NCBI GenBank assembly: GCA_002366545.1
Contig: DFBH01000057.1
Span: 1 to 42,175, forward strand
Source: Candidatus Oleimmundimicrobium americanum
GTDB lineage: Bacteria; Actinomycetota; Aquicultoria; UBA3085; Oleimmundimicrobiaceae
Direction: 5' to 3'
Length of the DNA: 42,175 nucleotides
Made by a program: the position numbers and the translations under genes
The notes under the pieces: generated by a model
Database searches by the model: none
What the model was told of the DNA's origin: nothing
The model's input: the letters and a program-made list of their open reading frames with translations, nothing else
Part shown: in pieces, positions 27,984 through 39,204 of the stretch
Position numbering within the stretch: the first letter of the stretch is position 1
Layout of the letters: every line of letters begins with the position of its first letter

Positions 27984-30900
27984 TAATTATCACCGGCTCT
28001 ATAATAGTCCTGTATCGCCTTAACATCTAACTTACCTTCAACAAGAGCGCTTATCCCTTGCACCGTGGCACGAGCGCCGTTAATGGTTGTAATGCACGAA
28101 ACACCGTGAATTGTTGAAGCCGTTCTAATATAATAACCATCACTTCGAGGATTTTTACCCCAAGGCGTGTTTATTACAAGGTTAATTAAATCGCTTTTAA
28201 TTAAGTCAACAACATTTGGTCTGCCATCCCGAACTTTAAGCGTTTCTTGAACAGGAATACTGTTTTGAGAAAGGACACTTGCCGTCCCTTTTGTTGCCAC
28301 AATTTTTAATCCCATATCGACAAGTTTTTTAGCGATTGGAATGATGTCTTCTTTGTCGTTGTCACACACACTGATGAAAACGGTTCCCTTTGTAGGCAAA
28401 TTTTGCTCTGCTGCTATTTGGGATTTGGCAAATGATTTACCGAACGATACGTCTATTCCCATTACTTCCCCCGTAGATTTCATTTCAGGGCCAAGAACCG
28501 TATCAACCTCAGGAAACTTCCTAAACGGCAAAACAGCTTCCTTTACGGTTACATAGCGAGGTTTTGCTTCTTTGGCAAGCTTAAGTTCACTTAATTTCTT
28601 GCCCGTCATTACGAATAAGGCAACTTTTGCCATGGGAATGCCGATGGATTTACTTACAAAGGGTATCGTTCTCGACCCCCTTGGGTTAACTTCTAAAACA
28701 TAAATTTCTCCATCTTTTACAGCAAATTGAATATTAATTAAGCCCTTTACTTTAAGAATTAGAGCTAATTTTACGGTATATTCTTTTATTTTCCCGATTT
28801 TGTCCTCTTCTAACGAAAATGACGGAATGGCACAAGCGCTATCTCCCGAATGAATGCCTGCTTCTTCAATGTGTTCCATTATGGCCCCGATAAAAACCTC
28901 TTCCCCATCACAAACGGCATCCACGTCAATTTCTGTTGCGCCTTCAAGAAATTTATCTATTAAAATGGGGTGTTCGTGAGATACCTTAACCGCGGAGATG
29001 ATATATTTTTCAAGCATTTCTTCCGAATAAACAATTTCCATGGCGCGTCCGCCTAAAACATAAGAAGGACGAACCAATATTGGGTACCCGATTCTTTCAG
29101 CTATTTTTAATGCTTCTTTAAAAGATGTCGCGGTGCCATTTTCGGGCTGATTTAAATCCAATTTCTTCATCAGCTCTCCAAATCTCTTTCTGTCTTCCGC
29201 CAAATCGATGCTGTCGGGGGAAGTGCCCCAGATATTTACGCCCTCTTTCTCCAAAGAAAGAGCGAGTTTTAACGGAGTCTGACCACCGAATTGAAGGATT
29301 GCGCCTTCCGGCTTTTCCGTTTCGATGATATTCATCACGTCTTCAAACGTAAGCGGCTCAAAGTAAAGTCTGTCCGAAGTGTCGTAATCCGTGCTAACCG
29401 TCTCCGGATTACAGTTGACCATAATTGCCTCATAACCCGCTTCCTTTAAAGCAAGTGACGCGTGAACGCAACAATAATCAAACTCGATTCCCTGGCCTAT
29501 TCTATTCGGTCCACTGCCGAGAATTATAACTTTGGGTTTACCGGATGTTTTTATTTCGCATTCATCTTCGTAAGTGGAGTAATAGTAAGGAGTGTAAGCT
29601 TTAAACTCAGCCGCGCAGGTATCCACCGTTTTATATGTAGGTGAAATTCCGGCTTCTTTTCTTCTTTGTCGAACTTCGATTTCTTTGCTATTCGTTAAGT
29701 GAGCAATTTGGACATCCGAAAAACCAAATCTTTTGGCTTCTCTTAAAATTTCTTTGGGAAGATTGTTTAAATTATGGCGAGAAATTAATCTTTCCATGTG
29801 AACAATTTCCAAAATGTTATACAAAAACCATTTATCCACCTTCGTTAGTTCGTAAACCTCATCTAAACTCATTCCCTTGCTTAAGGCGTATTTTATATAG
29901 AAAACTCTTTCCTCGTTTGGTGTTGAGAGCTTACTGCGAAATCGATCCTCGATTATCTCGTCCCTGCCGTCCGCGCCAAGTCCGTATCTGTCTATTTCTA
30001 AAGAGCGAATGGCTTTTTGCAATGCTTCCTTAAAAGTACGTCCAATGGACATTGCTTCTCCAACGGATTTCATCTTAATTGTCAATGTTTTATCGGCTCC
30101 GGGAAACTTTTCAAATGTCCATCGCGGAATTTTTACCACAACATAATCTATAGTCGGCTCAAATGAAGCCGGGGTTTTCTTGGTAATATCATTTGGAATT
30201 TCATCGAGCGTGTAACCAATTGCAAGTTTGGTTGCTATCTTTGCTATGGGAAAACCCGTTGCCTTAGAAGCTAAAGCCGAACTTCTGGAAACCCTGGGGT
30301 TCATCTCTATCACAACAATCCGACCCGTTTCGGGATGAATCGCAAACTGAATATTCGAACCGCCGGTTTCCACTCCGATTTCCCTTATAATTGCTATCGA
30401 GGCATCCCGCAAAAGCTGATATTCTTTATCGGTTAAAGTTTGAGCAGGAGCAACGGTTATGCTGTCGCCGGTATGAACACCCATTGGATCAAAATTCTCA
30501 ATCGTACACACAATTACCACGTTATCATTTAAATCCCTCGTCACCTCAAGCTCGTACTCTTTCCAGCCGAGACAAGACTCTTCTATTAAAATCTCATTTA
30601 TCGGACTTAGGGATATCCCGATGGCCGCCATCTCCTGAAATTCTTTTAAATTATAAGCGATGTCACCGCCCGTCCCTCCCGAAGTATAAGATGGGCGAAT
30701 AATTGCCGGAAAACCTACTTTATTTACAATTTCCATCGCTTCATCCGTAGAATACGCAAACCCGCTGCGCGGCAAATCCATGCCTATCCTGATCATGGCC
30801 TTCTTAAACAAGTTTCTATCTTCAGCTTTCTTTATCGCCTCAAGTTTAGCCCCTATAAGCTCCACTCCATATTGATGAAGCACGCCATTTTCAGCTAAAG

Positions 30901-31201
30901 TAACCGCTGTATTTAGCCCCGTCTGGCCACCCAAGGTCGGCAGTAACGCATCCGGCCGTTCTTTGGCAATAATTTTTTCGACCATCTCAGGAGTAATGGG
31001 TTCAATATAAGTCTTATCCGCAACCTCAGGGTCGGTCATGATGGTAGCGGGATTCGAGTTGATCAGCACAACCTCAATACCCTCTTCTTTTAAAACCCGA
31101 CACGCTTGGGTCCCCGAATAATCAAACTCACAAGCTTGACCAATAACTATTGGGCCCGATCCTATTATTATTATTTTTTTAAGGTCTTTTCTTTTAGGCA
31201 T
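27983..31201 (-). CDS. carB: Carbamoyl-phosphate synthase large subunit
   Basis: [15 protein letters not shown], duplicated ATP-grasp, MGS tail. Confidence 0.99.
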   Translation of the reverse strand: MPKRKDLKKIIIIGSGPIVIGQACEFDYSGTQACRVLKEEGIEVVLINSNPATIMTDPEVADKTYIEPITPEMVEKIIAKERPDALLPTLGGQTGLNTAVTLAENGVLHQYGVELIGAKLEAIKKAEDRNLFKKAMIRIGMDLPRSGFAYSTDEAMEIVNKVGFPAIIRPSYTSGGTGGDIAYNLKEFQEMAAIGISLSPINEILIEESCLGWKEYELEVTRDLNDNVVIVCTIENFDPMGVHTGDSITVAPAQTLTDKEYQLLRDASIAIIREIGVETGGSNIQFAIHPETGRIVVIEMNPRVSRSSALASKATGFPIAKIATKLAIGYTLDEIPNDITKKTPASFEPTIDYVVVKIPRWTFEKFPGADKTLTIKMKSVGEAMSIGRTFKEALQKAIRSLEIDRYGLGADGRDEIIEDRFRSKLSTPNEERVFYIKYALSKGMSLDEVYELTKVDKWFLYNILEIVHMERLISRHNLNNLPKEILREAKRFGFSDVQIAHLTNSKEIEVRQRRKEAGISPTYKTVDTCAAEFKAYTPYYYSTYEDECEIKTSGKPKVIILGSGPNRIGQGIEFDYCCVHASLALKEAGYEAIMVNCNPETVSTDYDTSDRLYFEPLTFEDVMNIIETEKPEGAILQFGGQTPLKLALSLEKEGVNIWGTSPDSIDLAEDRKRFGELMKKLDLNQPENGTATSFKEALKIAERIGYPILVRPSYVLGGRAMEIVYSEEMLEKYIISAVKVSHEHPILIDKFLEGATEIDVDAVCDGEEVFIGAIMEHIEEAGIHSGDSACAIPSFSLEEDKIGKIKEYTVKLALILKVKGLINIQFAVKDGEIYVLEVNPRGSRTIPFVSKSIGIPMAKVALFVMTGKKLSELKLAKEAKPRYVTVKEAVLPFRKFPEVDTVLGPEMKSTGEVMGIDVSFGKSFAKSQIAAEQNLPTKGTVFISVCDNDKEDIIPIAKKLVDMGLKIVATKGTASVLSQNSIPVQETLKVRDGRPNVVDLIKSDLINLVINTPWGKNPRSDGYYIRTASTIHGVSCITTINGARATVQGISALVEGKLDVKAIQDYYRAGDN

Positions 31202-31344
31202 TCTTCTCCCGTTTTGTTTAGTGCTCGTTCTTTATGTCCGGTAATTGCCAAAGCAACCCCAATAACCGCTATAAGCGCCGGTCCGAGTACAATTAGCCCG
31301 ACAAAAAGCAAGATTAAAGCTTTATCTGAAAAATAAGCAAACAT
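31171..31344 (-). CDS. Small single-TM hypothetical protein (57 aa; not in ORF track)
   Basis: [40 protein letters not shown]... fills the carA-carB gap. Confidence 0.55.
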   Translation of the reverse strand: MFAYFSDKALILLFVGLIVLGPALIAVIGVALAITGHKERALNKTGEECLKEKTLKK

Positions 31345-31353
31345 GGCAAACCA

Positions 31354-32481
31354 CTATCTTTCCTTGATTGATTCCTCCATCATCTGCCCAAAATCCTCAA
31401 ATAAGTATTTTGAGTCATGAGGGCCGGGAGATGCTTCGGGATGATACTGCACAGAAAACGCGGGTACTTCCAAACATCTTAAACCTTCAACCGTATTGTC
31501 GTTCAGGTTTATATGAGAAATTTCAACTTCCCCGAAATCGCTAAAGACCTTATTTCCTTTACGCTCAAAGCTGTCTGCGTTCACGACAAAACCGTGATTT
31601 TGGGCGGTAATTTCAATTTTATCGGTGATTAAATTCTTAACAGGTTGATTTGCTCCCCGATGTCCAAATTTAAGCTTATAAGTGTCGCCACCCAAAGCCA
31701 ATGATAACAATTGATGTCCCAAACATATTCCAAACATTGGCCTTTTGCCTATTAAATTTTTGATGGTTTCAACAGCATACGGTACGCCCTGTGGGTCTCC
31801 GGGACCATTTGAGAGAAATATTCCGTGGGGTTCTAAAGCCAAAACCTCTTTTGCCGAGGTGAAAGCGGGCACAACCTCAATTTTGCAATTAAACTCCTCT
31901 AAACATTTTAAAATATTTCTTTTTATGCCAAAATCAAGGGCCACGACGTGATATTTCTCCCCCGGTTTTTTTTGCCAGAAATAAGGACTATCGACTGTAA
32001 CTTTTTTAACCATATCCTGCCCCACGAGGCTCGGAAATGAATTTACTTTTTGAATAAGTCTATTTTTATCAAGGTCAACGGTTGAAATAATCCCCCGCAT
32101 TGCCCCCGCGCTTCTTATGTGCTTCGTCAAAGCTCTGGTATCAATACCTTCAATACATATTATGCTGTAATACTTAAGGAAATCCTTTAGAGAACCTTCC
32201 GCTCTCCAGTTGCTGTAATAATTAGAGCACTCCCGCATTACAAACCCCTCGACAAACGGGCCTTTTGATTCATAATCTTGAGAATTAACACCATAATTAC
32301 CAATTAGCGGATAGGTCATGGTTACAATTTGGCCCGCGTATGATGGATCGGTTAAAATCTCCTGGTAACCGGACATACTGGTATTAAAAACCACTTCACC
32401 CAAGGTCTCTCCTTCTGCCCCCAGGCTGTATCCGTTAAATACCGTTCCGTCTTCTAAGGCCAAAATTGCTTTCTTTTTCAT
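31354..32481 (-). CDS. carA: Carbamoyl-phosphate synthase small subunit
   Basis: GEVVFNT, SNGPGDP, GICLGHQ, QYHPEA. Confidence 0.98.
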   Translation of the reverse strand: MKKKAILALEDGTVFNGYSLGAEGETLGEVVFNTSMSGYQEILTDPSYAGQIVTMTYPLIGNYGVNSQDYESKGPFVEGFVMRECSNYYSNWRAEGSLKDFLKYYSIICIEGIDTRALTKHIRSAGAMRGIISTVDLDKNRLIQKVNSFPSLVGQDMVKKVTVDSPYFWQKKPGEKYHVVALDFGIKRNILKCLEEFNCKIEVVPAFTSAKEVLALEPHGIFLSNGPGDPQGVPYAVETIKNLIGKRPMFGICLGHQLLSLALGGDTYKLKFGHRGANQPVKNLITDKIEITAQNHGFVVNADSFERKGNKVFSDFGEVEISHINLNDNTVEGLRCLEVPAFSVQYHPEASPGPHDSKYLFEDFGQMMEESIKER

Positions 32482-32484
32482 GTT

Positions 32485-33798
32485 TTAAACATTCCTCATT
32501 GGATTAAGATTAACCAACTTCCTATCCTCGACAATTATTTTTCCGCCAGCAACCACACAATCAGCAGCCCCATTAAGTTCCCATCCATTAAAGGGTGAAT
32601 TTTTGCTCTTTGATAAAAAGTTATCGGTATCAACCTTTACTTTAGCTTTAGTGTCTATCACGATAATATCAGCATCGCTTCCTATCGACAGCGTCCCTTT
32701 ATTTATATTTAAAACTCGCGCCGGAGCAATTGTAAATTTTTCAATTAATTGCGTCAGACTTAATATTCCGTTTCCAACAATTTTAGTCAGCATAAGAGGC
32801 AAGGTAGTTTCAAGCCCGATCATCCCAAATGAGGCGGCTGAAAATTCAACTTCTTTTTCGTGGAGAGCATGAGGCGCATGGTCACTCGCTATAGCATCAA
32901 TCACGCCTTCCGCAAGAGCTTTGTGAAGAGCTTCAACATCATCTTTTGTTCTCAACGGCGGATTAACTTTACAATTAGTATCGTATTCAATTAACGCTTC
33001 GTCGGTTAACGTCAAATGATGCGGGGTAACATCGCAGGTAACTTGCAAGCCCCGTTTCTTTGCGTCTTCAATCATTCTTACTGAGCCTCTCGTGCTAACA
33101 TGCGTAAAATGAATTCTTGCGCCGGTTAATTCGGCCAAGACGATATCCCGGGCAATTGCAATTTCTTCTGCCGCTGAAGGTACCCCTTTTAAACCGAGAA
33201 TCGTTGAATAATAACCCTCGTTAATCTGTCCCCCCGCAGATAACTCCCCGGACTCGGAATGCGAGATTAATGATACGTTAAACATTCGGCTATACTCCAG
33301 GGCTCTTCGCATAACCCTATCATTTTCCACACACTTGCCGTCATCCGAAAAAGCAACCGCGCCGGCCTGCAAGAGCTCACCCATCTCACTCAATTCTTTA
33401 CCTTCGAGCCCCTTTGTGATGGCGGCAACGGGATAAACGGTAATTAAATTCGCTGCTTTTGATTTGTCAATTATCATCTCCGTGACGGAAGAATCATCGT
33501 TTACAGGATTGGTGTTTGGCATGCAGGCAATGGCAGTAAATCCACCCACCGCAGCCGCCCGACAACCACTTTCAATTGTCTCTTCATCTTCTCGCCCCGG
33601 TTCTCGAAGATGAACATGCATATCTACTAAGCCGGGAGTAAGGACTTTATCTTTTACATCAATTACCTTAAAGCCGGCAGAACCAAGATCTTCTCCCACC
33701 GCGGCAATTTTTCCCGATTCTACCGAGATATCTAAAATTTTATCGATACCGTTGGCAGGATCAATTATTCTGCCCCCTTTAAACAGCAACTTCTCCAA
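32485..33798 (-). CDS. pyrC: Dihydroorotase
   Basis: DMHVHLREPG, MPNT, KVNPPLR, SDHAPH; start uncertain (33798 or 33813). Confidence 0.96.
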   Translation of the reverse strand: MEKLLFKGGRIIDPANGIDKILDISVESGKIAAVGEDLGSAGFKVIDVKDKVLTPGLVDMHVHLREPGREDEETIESGCRAAAVGGFTAIACMPNTNPVNDDSSVTEMIIDKSKAANLITVYPVAAITKGLEGKELSEMGELLQAGAVAFSDDGKCVENDRVMRRALEYSRMFNVSLISHSESGELSAGGQINEGYYSTILGLKGVPSAAEEIAIARDIVLAELTGARIHFTHVSTRGSVRMIEDAKKRGLQVTCDVTPHHLTLTDEALIEYDTNCKVNPPLRTKDDVEALHKALAEGVIDAIASDHAPHALHEKEVEFSAASFGMIGLETTLPLMLTKIVGNGILSLTQLIEKFTIAPARVLNINKGTLSIGSDADIIVIDTKAKVKVDTDNFLSKSKNSPFNGWELNGAADCVVAGGKIIVEDRKLVNLNPMRNV

Positions 33799-34720
33799 CT
33801 GCTCCACCTCCAAGAAGTAAGTAAAGGACGGCCATTCTAATCCCCAATCCGTTTGTCACCTGTTCAGCGGCAACGGTTTGGGGTATATCGGCAACCTCGG
33901 AAGAAATTTCTATGCCCCTGTTCATTGGGCCGGGGTGCATTATCAAAACATCCTTTTTGGCTTTTTTTAACCTTTCCAAATTTAACCCAAACAATTTAGC
34001 ATATTCCCTTATTGACGGGAAAAGACTTTCATTTTGCCTTTCCGTTTGAATTCGCAACATATAGATAACATCAAACTTCCCAATAACCCGGTCAAAATCG
34101 TACGCAACTTCAGCACCCATGGCTTCAATTTTAACCGGAATTAGCGTGGGAGGGGCAATCAGCGTAACCTTCGCACCCATTTTGTTTAAAACCGATATAT
34201 TTGAACGAGCAACTCTGCTGTGAGCTATATCCCCTATTATACCGACGTTAAGATCATTAATTCGGCCAAGTTTTTCCTTAATGGTATATAAATCAAGCAA
34301 GGCTTGGGTGGGATGCTCGTGGGCCCCATCTCCCGCATTTATTACCTTGCATTTTACGTTTTCCGCAAAAAAAATTGCCGCACCGGCTGAAGAATGTCTG
34401 ATAATTACCGCATCCGCTCCAAGGGCTTCGATTGTTTTGGCAGTATCTTTTAATGATTCACCCTTCACCAGACTACTGCCTTTTGCAGATATATTAACCA
34501 CATCGGCGCTTAATCGCTTGGCTGCCAATTCAAAGGAAGTCCTTGTCCTCGTGCTTGGCTCAATAAATAAATTAACTATCGTTCGACCACGTAAAGTCGG
34601 AATTTTTTTAATATCCCGTGTAGAAACTTCCCTAAAAGATTCCGCCAACTCAAGAACGTATTGAATTTCTTCTTTTTTCAAGTCTTTTATGCTTAATAAA
34701 TTCTTTTTCTCTAAAACCAC
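33779..34720 (-). CDS. pyrB: Aspartate carbamoyltransferase
   Basis: STRTR, HPTQ, HPGP; GTG at 34720 after GGAGG. Confidence 0.97.
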   Translation of the reverse strand: MVLEKKNLLSIKDLKKEEIQYVLELAESFREVSTRDIKKIPTLRGRTIVNLFIEPSTRTRTSFELAAKRLSADVVNISAKGSSLVKGESLKDTAKTIEALGADAVIIRHSSAGAAIFFAENVKCKVINAGDGAHEHPTQALLDLYTIKEKLGRINDLNVGIIGDIAHSRVARSNISVLNKMGAKVTLIAPPTLIPVKIEAMGAEVAYDFDRVIGKFDVIYMLRIQTERQNESLFPSIREYAKLFGLNLERLKKAKKDVLIMHPGPMNRGIEISSEVADIPQTVAAEQVTNGLGIRMAVLYLLLGGGAVGEVAV

Positions 34721-34759
34721 ATTGCCTCCACTCAAAAAAAACTCTTACGTTGACAAAGA

Positions 34760-35317
<558 letters not shown>

Positions 35318-35331
35318 TTAATCTCCCGCAT

Positions 35332-35445
35332 AAAAAAATACCTCCCGTTTACTAACGGCAAGGTAATTTATCTAATTCTATTAAATTAAACTTTTCCAAA
35401 TTGTTCATCTCCTTGCTAGTCTCGCTGAACTAGTTTAAAGGTTAA
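35332..35445 (-). promoter_or_regulatory. PyrR-binding attenuator leader
   Basis: CCUUUAA..CUAGUUCAGCGAGACUAG.AAGG binding loop; terminator UACCUUGCCGUU-AGUA-AACGGGAGGUA-U7; GCAAGG/CCUUGC antiterminator pairing. Confidence 0.9.
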
Positions 35446-35448
35446 ATA

Positions 35449-35477
35449 ATCTTAGCAATTATAGTATGCCGTGTCAA
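35449..35477 (-). promoter_or_regulatory. pyr operon promoter
   Basis: TTGACA-N17-TAAGAT. Confidence 0.65.
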
Positions 35478-35598
35478 CAAAACATAAATGTCCAAAAAGC
35501 ACCAAAAAATTGTGCGACGTAGGTCTATAAATTTCTTTGTTAATAAGAACGCAGGACAGTATGAGATTTTAAATTGTTTTAAGTACTCATAACACTTT

Positions 35599-36759
35599 TT
35601 AATTAATACTAATCCAATTTCTTAAATTTAACTCCCCTAATTTCTTGTTTCTCTTGATTAAATTAATGGAAGAATTAACAATCCAGGGTTTTTTTGCAAA
35701 TCGCACCATAAGTGTACCGAGCGCAAAATACCTGTTAAATAGGGCATCGATATTCTTTTGATAATTCTCAAGGAATTCTGTCTTAAAATCATTCGCCTTT
35801 AGAGCAGAATCTATTGCCTCCGCCGCGTATTTACCGCTTTCAAGTGCATACATCATACCCTCGCCCGTTAAGGGATTTATGAGACCCGCAGCGTCTCCAA
35901 CCAAAACCATTCCGTCACATGTTGCTTTTTTCACGCCACCCATATAAAGATTTTTACCAACAATTCGGCCAAGACGCTTTGCGTTCTTTAATTTTTTGCT
36001 TGCGTGAACGCTTGAAGTTATAAATCTATCCAATATTTCCGTTATCCTACACCCTTTTTTCTTTAAATCGTCCAAATATATCCCTACACCAACATTTGCA
36101 ATATCGTTTTCTTGAGGAAAAATCCATCCCACGCCGGGCAAAATCACATCTTCACCATAAATCTCCATATAATCATCTATATCGCTAACGCCTTCATAAT
36201 AAGCACGGATTGCAATCGCCACCGCCTTAAAATCTTCCTTATCGATGTCAAGCACCCGTTTGGCAAAGGTTGAAGATGCCCCGTCTGCACAAACGACAAA
36301 CTTTGCGGTCTCCTCAATGTCTTTGCCGTTATGGGTATATTTAACTCCTATAACTCTTCCCGATTCCATGATGACATCGGTTACAGGCGAGCATCCGGGA
36401 AAGTGAGCTCCGGCCTCCTCGGCATGCTCTTTTAAAATCTTGTCAAGCTCGAGACGCGGAACCACAAAACCCCTTCTTGGGTAATCTTTATAAGCCGGAA
36501 AATCGGCAATGCTGCACCCGCCTTTGGACGAGTAAATTTTAACACCCTTTGTTTCTTTGAACCTGCCCTCTAATTTCGGGATAACACCCATATCTTCTAA
36601 AACCCTAACTCCCCTGGGCGTAATGCTATCCCCGCAAATCTTTTCTCTCGGAAATTCGCACTTATCAAGAAAAAGAACCTTATAGCCGGCTTTTGCAAGA
36701 TAATAAGAGGCAGACGAACCGGCCGGTCCGGCCCCAACAACAATAACATCATAATTCAT
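35599..36759 (-). CDS. Geranylgeranyl reductase-family FAD oxidoreductase
   Basis: VVGAGPAG, FPREKICGD, GWIFP, VGDAAG..NPLTGEG. Confidence 0.9.
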   Translation of the reverse strand: MNYDVIVVGAGPAGSSASYYLAKAGYKVLFLDKCEFPREKICGDSITPRGVRVLEDMGVIPKLEGRFKETKGVKIYSSKGGCSIADFPAYKDYPRRGFVVPRLELDKILKEHAEEAGAHFPGCSPVTDVIMESGRVIGVKYTHNGKDIEETAKFVVCADGASSTFAKRVLDIDKEDFKAVAIAIRAYYEGVSDIDDYMEIYGEDVILPGVGWIFPQENDIANVGVGIYLDDLKKKGCRITEILDRFITSSVHASKKLKNAKRLGRIVGKNLYMGGVKKATCDGMVLVGDAAGLINPLTGEGMMYALESGKYAAEAIDSALKANDFKTEFLENYQKNIDALFNRYFALGTLMVRFAKKPWIVNSSINLIKRNKKLGELNLRNWISIN

Positions 36760-36847
36760 GAGCACCACCAAAAAATTAGTTTAGTGAAATATTTAGCAAA
36801 TTACAAGAAAAAACAAAACTAACCTTGGTAAAAATGATTGTTTAGAC

Positions 36848-36880
36848 AATTATCCGATGAGCAACTTGTCCTGTCTCCGA
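36848..36880 (+). repeat. Truncated copy of array repeat (R1)
   Basis: AATTATCCGATGAGC...CCTGTCTCC. Confidence 0.45.
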
Positions 36881-36971
36881 CTCTAAAGGATGAGCCCCAG
36901 GCTCAGACTCGAATGAGAGCAAAATCGAAGTTTTCTCTTTTAAGATTGCTTCTACTTTCTTTATGTAGACG

Positions 36972-37025
36972 ATTTGGCCGATGAGCCAGGCTGGTTTTTA
37001 AAGTTCATTGAGCCTGCCCCGTTTC
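36972..37025 (+). repeat. Array repeat R2
   Basis: ATTTGGCCGATGAGCCAGGCTGGTTTTTAAAGTTCATTGAGCCTGCCCCGTTTC; abuts HEPN stop. Confidence 0.75.
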
Positions 37026-37029
37026 ACAA

Positions 37030-37479
37030 TTAAAACAGCTTTTGTTGTGGGGGTTTGATGCCGACGTGGTCTTTAATTCTCTCGATTAGCTCCTGAGCAT
37101 TATCAATGCTCTTTCTCACTTCCTCTTCTGACTCAACAAAACTCGCCTCATACTGCAGTGGATGGCGTTTTCTTCTCATTCTTTTGAATCTTTTAACAAG
37201 ATTGCCGTACTCTTTGCCGAAAACTATATCGGTAAACTCGACTATCGTGGCATGCGTATACTTTTGAGTTGGACGAAATCCATAGTGCCTAATTAACACA
37301 TTGCCCGCATGGATTAAAGCATCATAAGCAGACTTGTAGGCTATTGCTCTATATTTGGGAAGAAGATATCTGGCCGCATTTATCTCAGTCTCCGCAAATT
37401 GAAGAAATTCAACGATTTTGTCCCTGCCGGTTTTTTCCTCTCTAAGCCTGCCGGATTTCACCAAATCATCAAAGTTCAT
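37030..37479 (-). CDS. HEPN-domain protein (putative toxin)
   Basis: AYDALIHA, H..IV.F, RRKRHPLQY; coupled to MNT gene. Confidence 0.8.
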   Translation of the reverse strand: MNFDDLVKSGRLREEKTGRDKIVEFLQFAETEINAARYLLPKYRAIAYKSAYDALIHAGNVLIRHYGFRPTQKYTHATIVEFTDIVFGKEYGNLVKRFKRMRRKRHPLQYEASFVESEEEVRKSIDNAQELIERIKDHVGIKPPQQKLF

Positions 37480-38044
37480 CTTCGGCGCCTTTCAACAGAA
37501 TTTTGGGCCTTGAGAGAATATTTTGAATAAACGTGTCTTTATTTTTCTTGCGGTCATCATATTCAGCTCTCGAATAGATCGTATAATTAATTTCACGTTT
37601 AAGTTTCTTTTCTAATTCATCTACCTTGGTCATCAGCTCTTCCTCGTCTGATTTGCCAATAATAAGAAGATCAATGTCGCTTGTTCCTGTTTCTTTCATT
37701 GCGGCAAATGAACCGTAAATAAAAGCAATGTCAATTCCCCTCACCACATCCATAATCTCTCTAAGAGCACCCTCCACGCCAATCGTCTTGAAGACAATAT
37801 TTTTAAACTCGTTATAAAGGGGGTGCTCCTTATTTAAACCATAATAGACTAAATTTCCCTCTTTTCTCGACTTAAAGAGCCCATTCCTTTTCAATTTAAG
37901 AAGTTCGCGACGGATATTTGCAACTGAAAATTTTAAAAGACGTTCGAGCTCTCGCAAATAGTATTCCTGTTCGGGATTGGTAAAGTAAAGGCGCAAGAGC
38001 TCTCTTCTTAATTTTGATTTAGTGATGTTAATAATTTCAGACAT
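37469..38044 (-). CDS. wHTH-fused minimal nucleotidyltransferase (putative antitoxin)
   Basis: N-terminal HTH (YLRELER), YGSFA...SDIDLLIIG, REIN. Confidence 0.88.
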   Translation of the reverse strand: MSEIINITKSKLRRELLRLYFTNPEQEYYLRELERLLKFSVANIRRELLKLKRNGLFKSRKEGNLVYYGLNKEHPLYNEFKNIVFKTIGVEGALREIMDVVRGIDIAFIYGSFAAMKETGTSDIDLLIIGKSDEEELMTKVDELEKKLKREINYTIYSRAEYDDRKKNKDTFIQNILSRPKILLKGAEDEL

Positions 38045-38047
38045 CTT

Positions 38048-38096
38048 TGTAGTCCTTTCTGACTACAATCGTAGTCAACTTTGACTACAACGTCAA
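38048..38096 (-). promoter_or_regulatory. Promoter with tandem palindromic operators
   Basis: TTGACG-N17-TACGAT overlapped by two GTAGTC-N6-GACTAC, 22-bp period. Confidence 0.85.
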
Positions 38097-38112
38097 GTCT
38101 ATGACCGTATTC

Positions 38113-38162
38113 CGTAGCCGAAAGATTAGTTATCCAAGTTATTTAAGTCCGGCCCTGTTTTC
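38113..38162 (+). repeat. Diverged array repeat R3
   Basis: TAGCCGA...CAAGTT-N6-GTCCGGCCC with the same 3' spacing as R2/R6. Confidence 0.5.
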
Positions 38163-38393
38163 CTATTTCTGACATCAGAGATATGAAAAGTTTTCCTGAA
38201 ACGAAGAAGAAGAAAGATTTTGGGAAACTGCGGGATGATTTTTTGAAAAGATGATTCGCCTTTTAGCTGATTGAAAAAATTTCAGCTTTATAAAACTGAG
38301 TCGAGCATCAAATCCGCTACCACCAAAAGAACCTTATCGGTTAGTTCTCTTCACTTTTGGCCACTCAAAAACAGAATAAGTCATAAGAACAAA

Positions 38394-39203
38394 TTAAACT
38401 GCAACATCTCTGCGTATAAACCATATCGCGCCCAAAATCGTGGCCACAACCGAGACTCCCAAAAATACCCAAATTGTCAGACTATCTATTTTGTTATTCA
38501 GCATTGCCGCGGAAAAGTCATAATAATTGAAAAAGGAGAGATATTTTAAATCTTTTAGGTTTTCTTTGAAGCCAGAAATCACATTCATAACATACATAAA
38601 GATAATTATCCCTCCGACAGTAAAATTCGACTTTCCTTTTTCAGAAAATATGCTTGAAGCAAGCATGGAAAGACTAAAAATTGCCAGAGCGAACAAGAAC
38701 CCTAAGATTGACATCGTCCAAAAATTTTCTAATTTATAATCGATCCCATGAATTGCTGCCAGCGGGATCACTGCAAAAATCGACACCGCGCAAAAGGCAA
38801 TAATACTTACAACCCCTGCCAGATATTTGCCAAAGAATATTTTAAGCCGCGAGATTGGCTGCGCAAGTATGGTTTCAATGGTCCCTTTTTCTATTTCTCC
38901 CGCAATTTGGGCTCCGCCAAAAGCTATAACCAGAATAATGACCACTATGGGCCACACTAAACTAAAATGCTCCACCGATATAAATGATTCAAGCTTGGCC
39001 ATGGTAAATTGTGCCGGTTCCATGCCTAATGCTTGAAAAATCTCTTTCGGATAAGCTTGAAGGAGTTTGTCAAATTCTTCCTGCATTTCAGCAAACATTG
39101 GGAACATTGCGACATACATTTCCATAAATATCACTGCTCCTAAAGAGTATGCAATCAGTGATATCTTTCTGTCTTTTATCGTCCTCCAAATAAGGCTAAA
39201 CAT
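38394..39203 (-). CDS. ABC-2 type exporter permease
   Basis: About 6 TMs, IAGEIEKGT.E.ILAQPISR, ends RRDV; ATG at 39203. Confidence 0.9.
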   Translation of the reverse strand: MFSLIWRTIKDRKISLIAYSLGAVIFMEMYVAMFPMFAEMQEEFDKLLQAYPKEIFQALGMEPAQFTMAKLESFISVEHFSLVWPIVVIILVIAFGGAQIAGEIEKGTIETILAQPISRLKIFFGKYLAGVVSIIAFCAVSIFAVIPLAAIHGIDYKLENFWTMSILGFLFALAIFSLSMLASSIFSEKGKSNFTVGGIIIFMYVMNVISGFKENLKDLKYLSFFNYYDFSAAMLNNKIDSLTIWVFLGVSVVATILGAIWFIRRDVAV

Positions 39204-39204
39204 C

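Noticed and set aside
38271-38549. 92-aa + strand ORF
   Set aside because: TTG start without RBS, overlaps permease antisense, no recognisable motif
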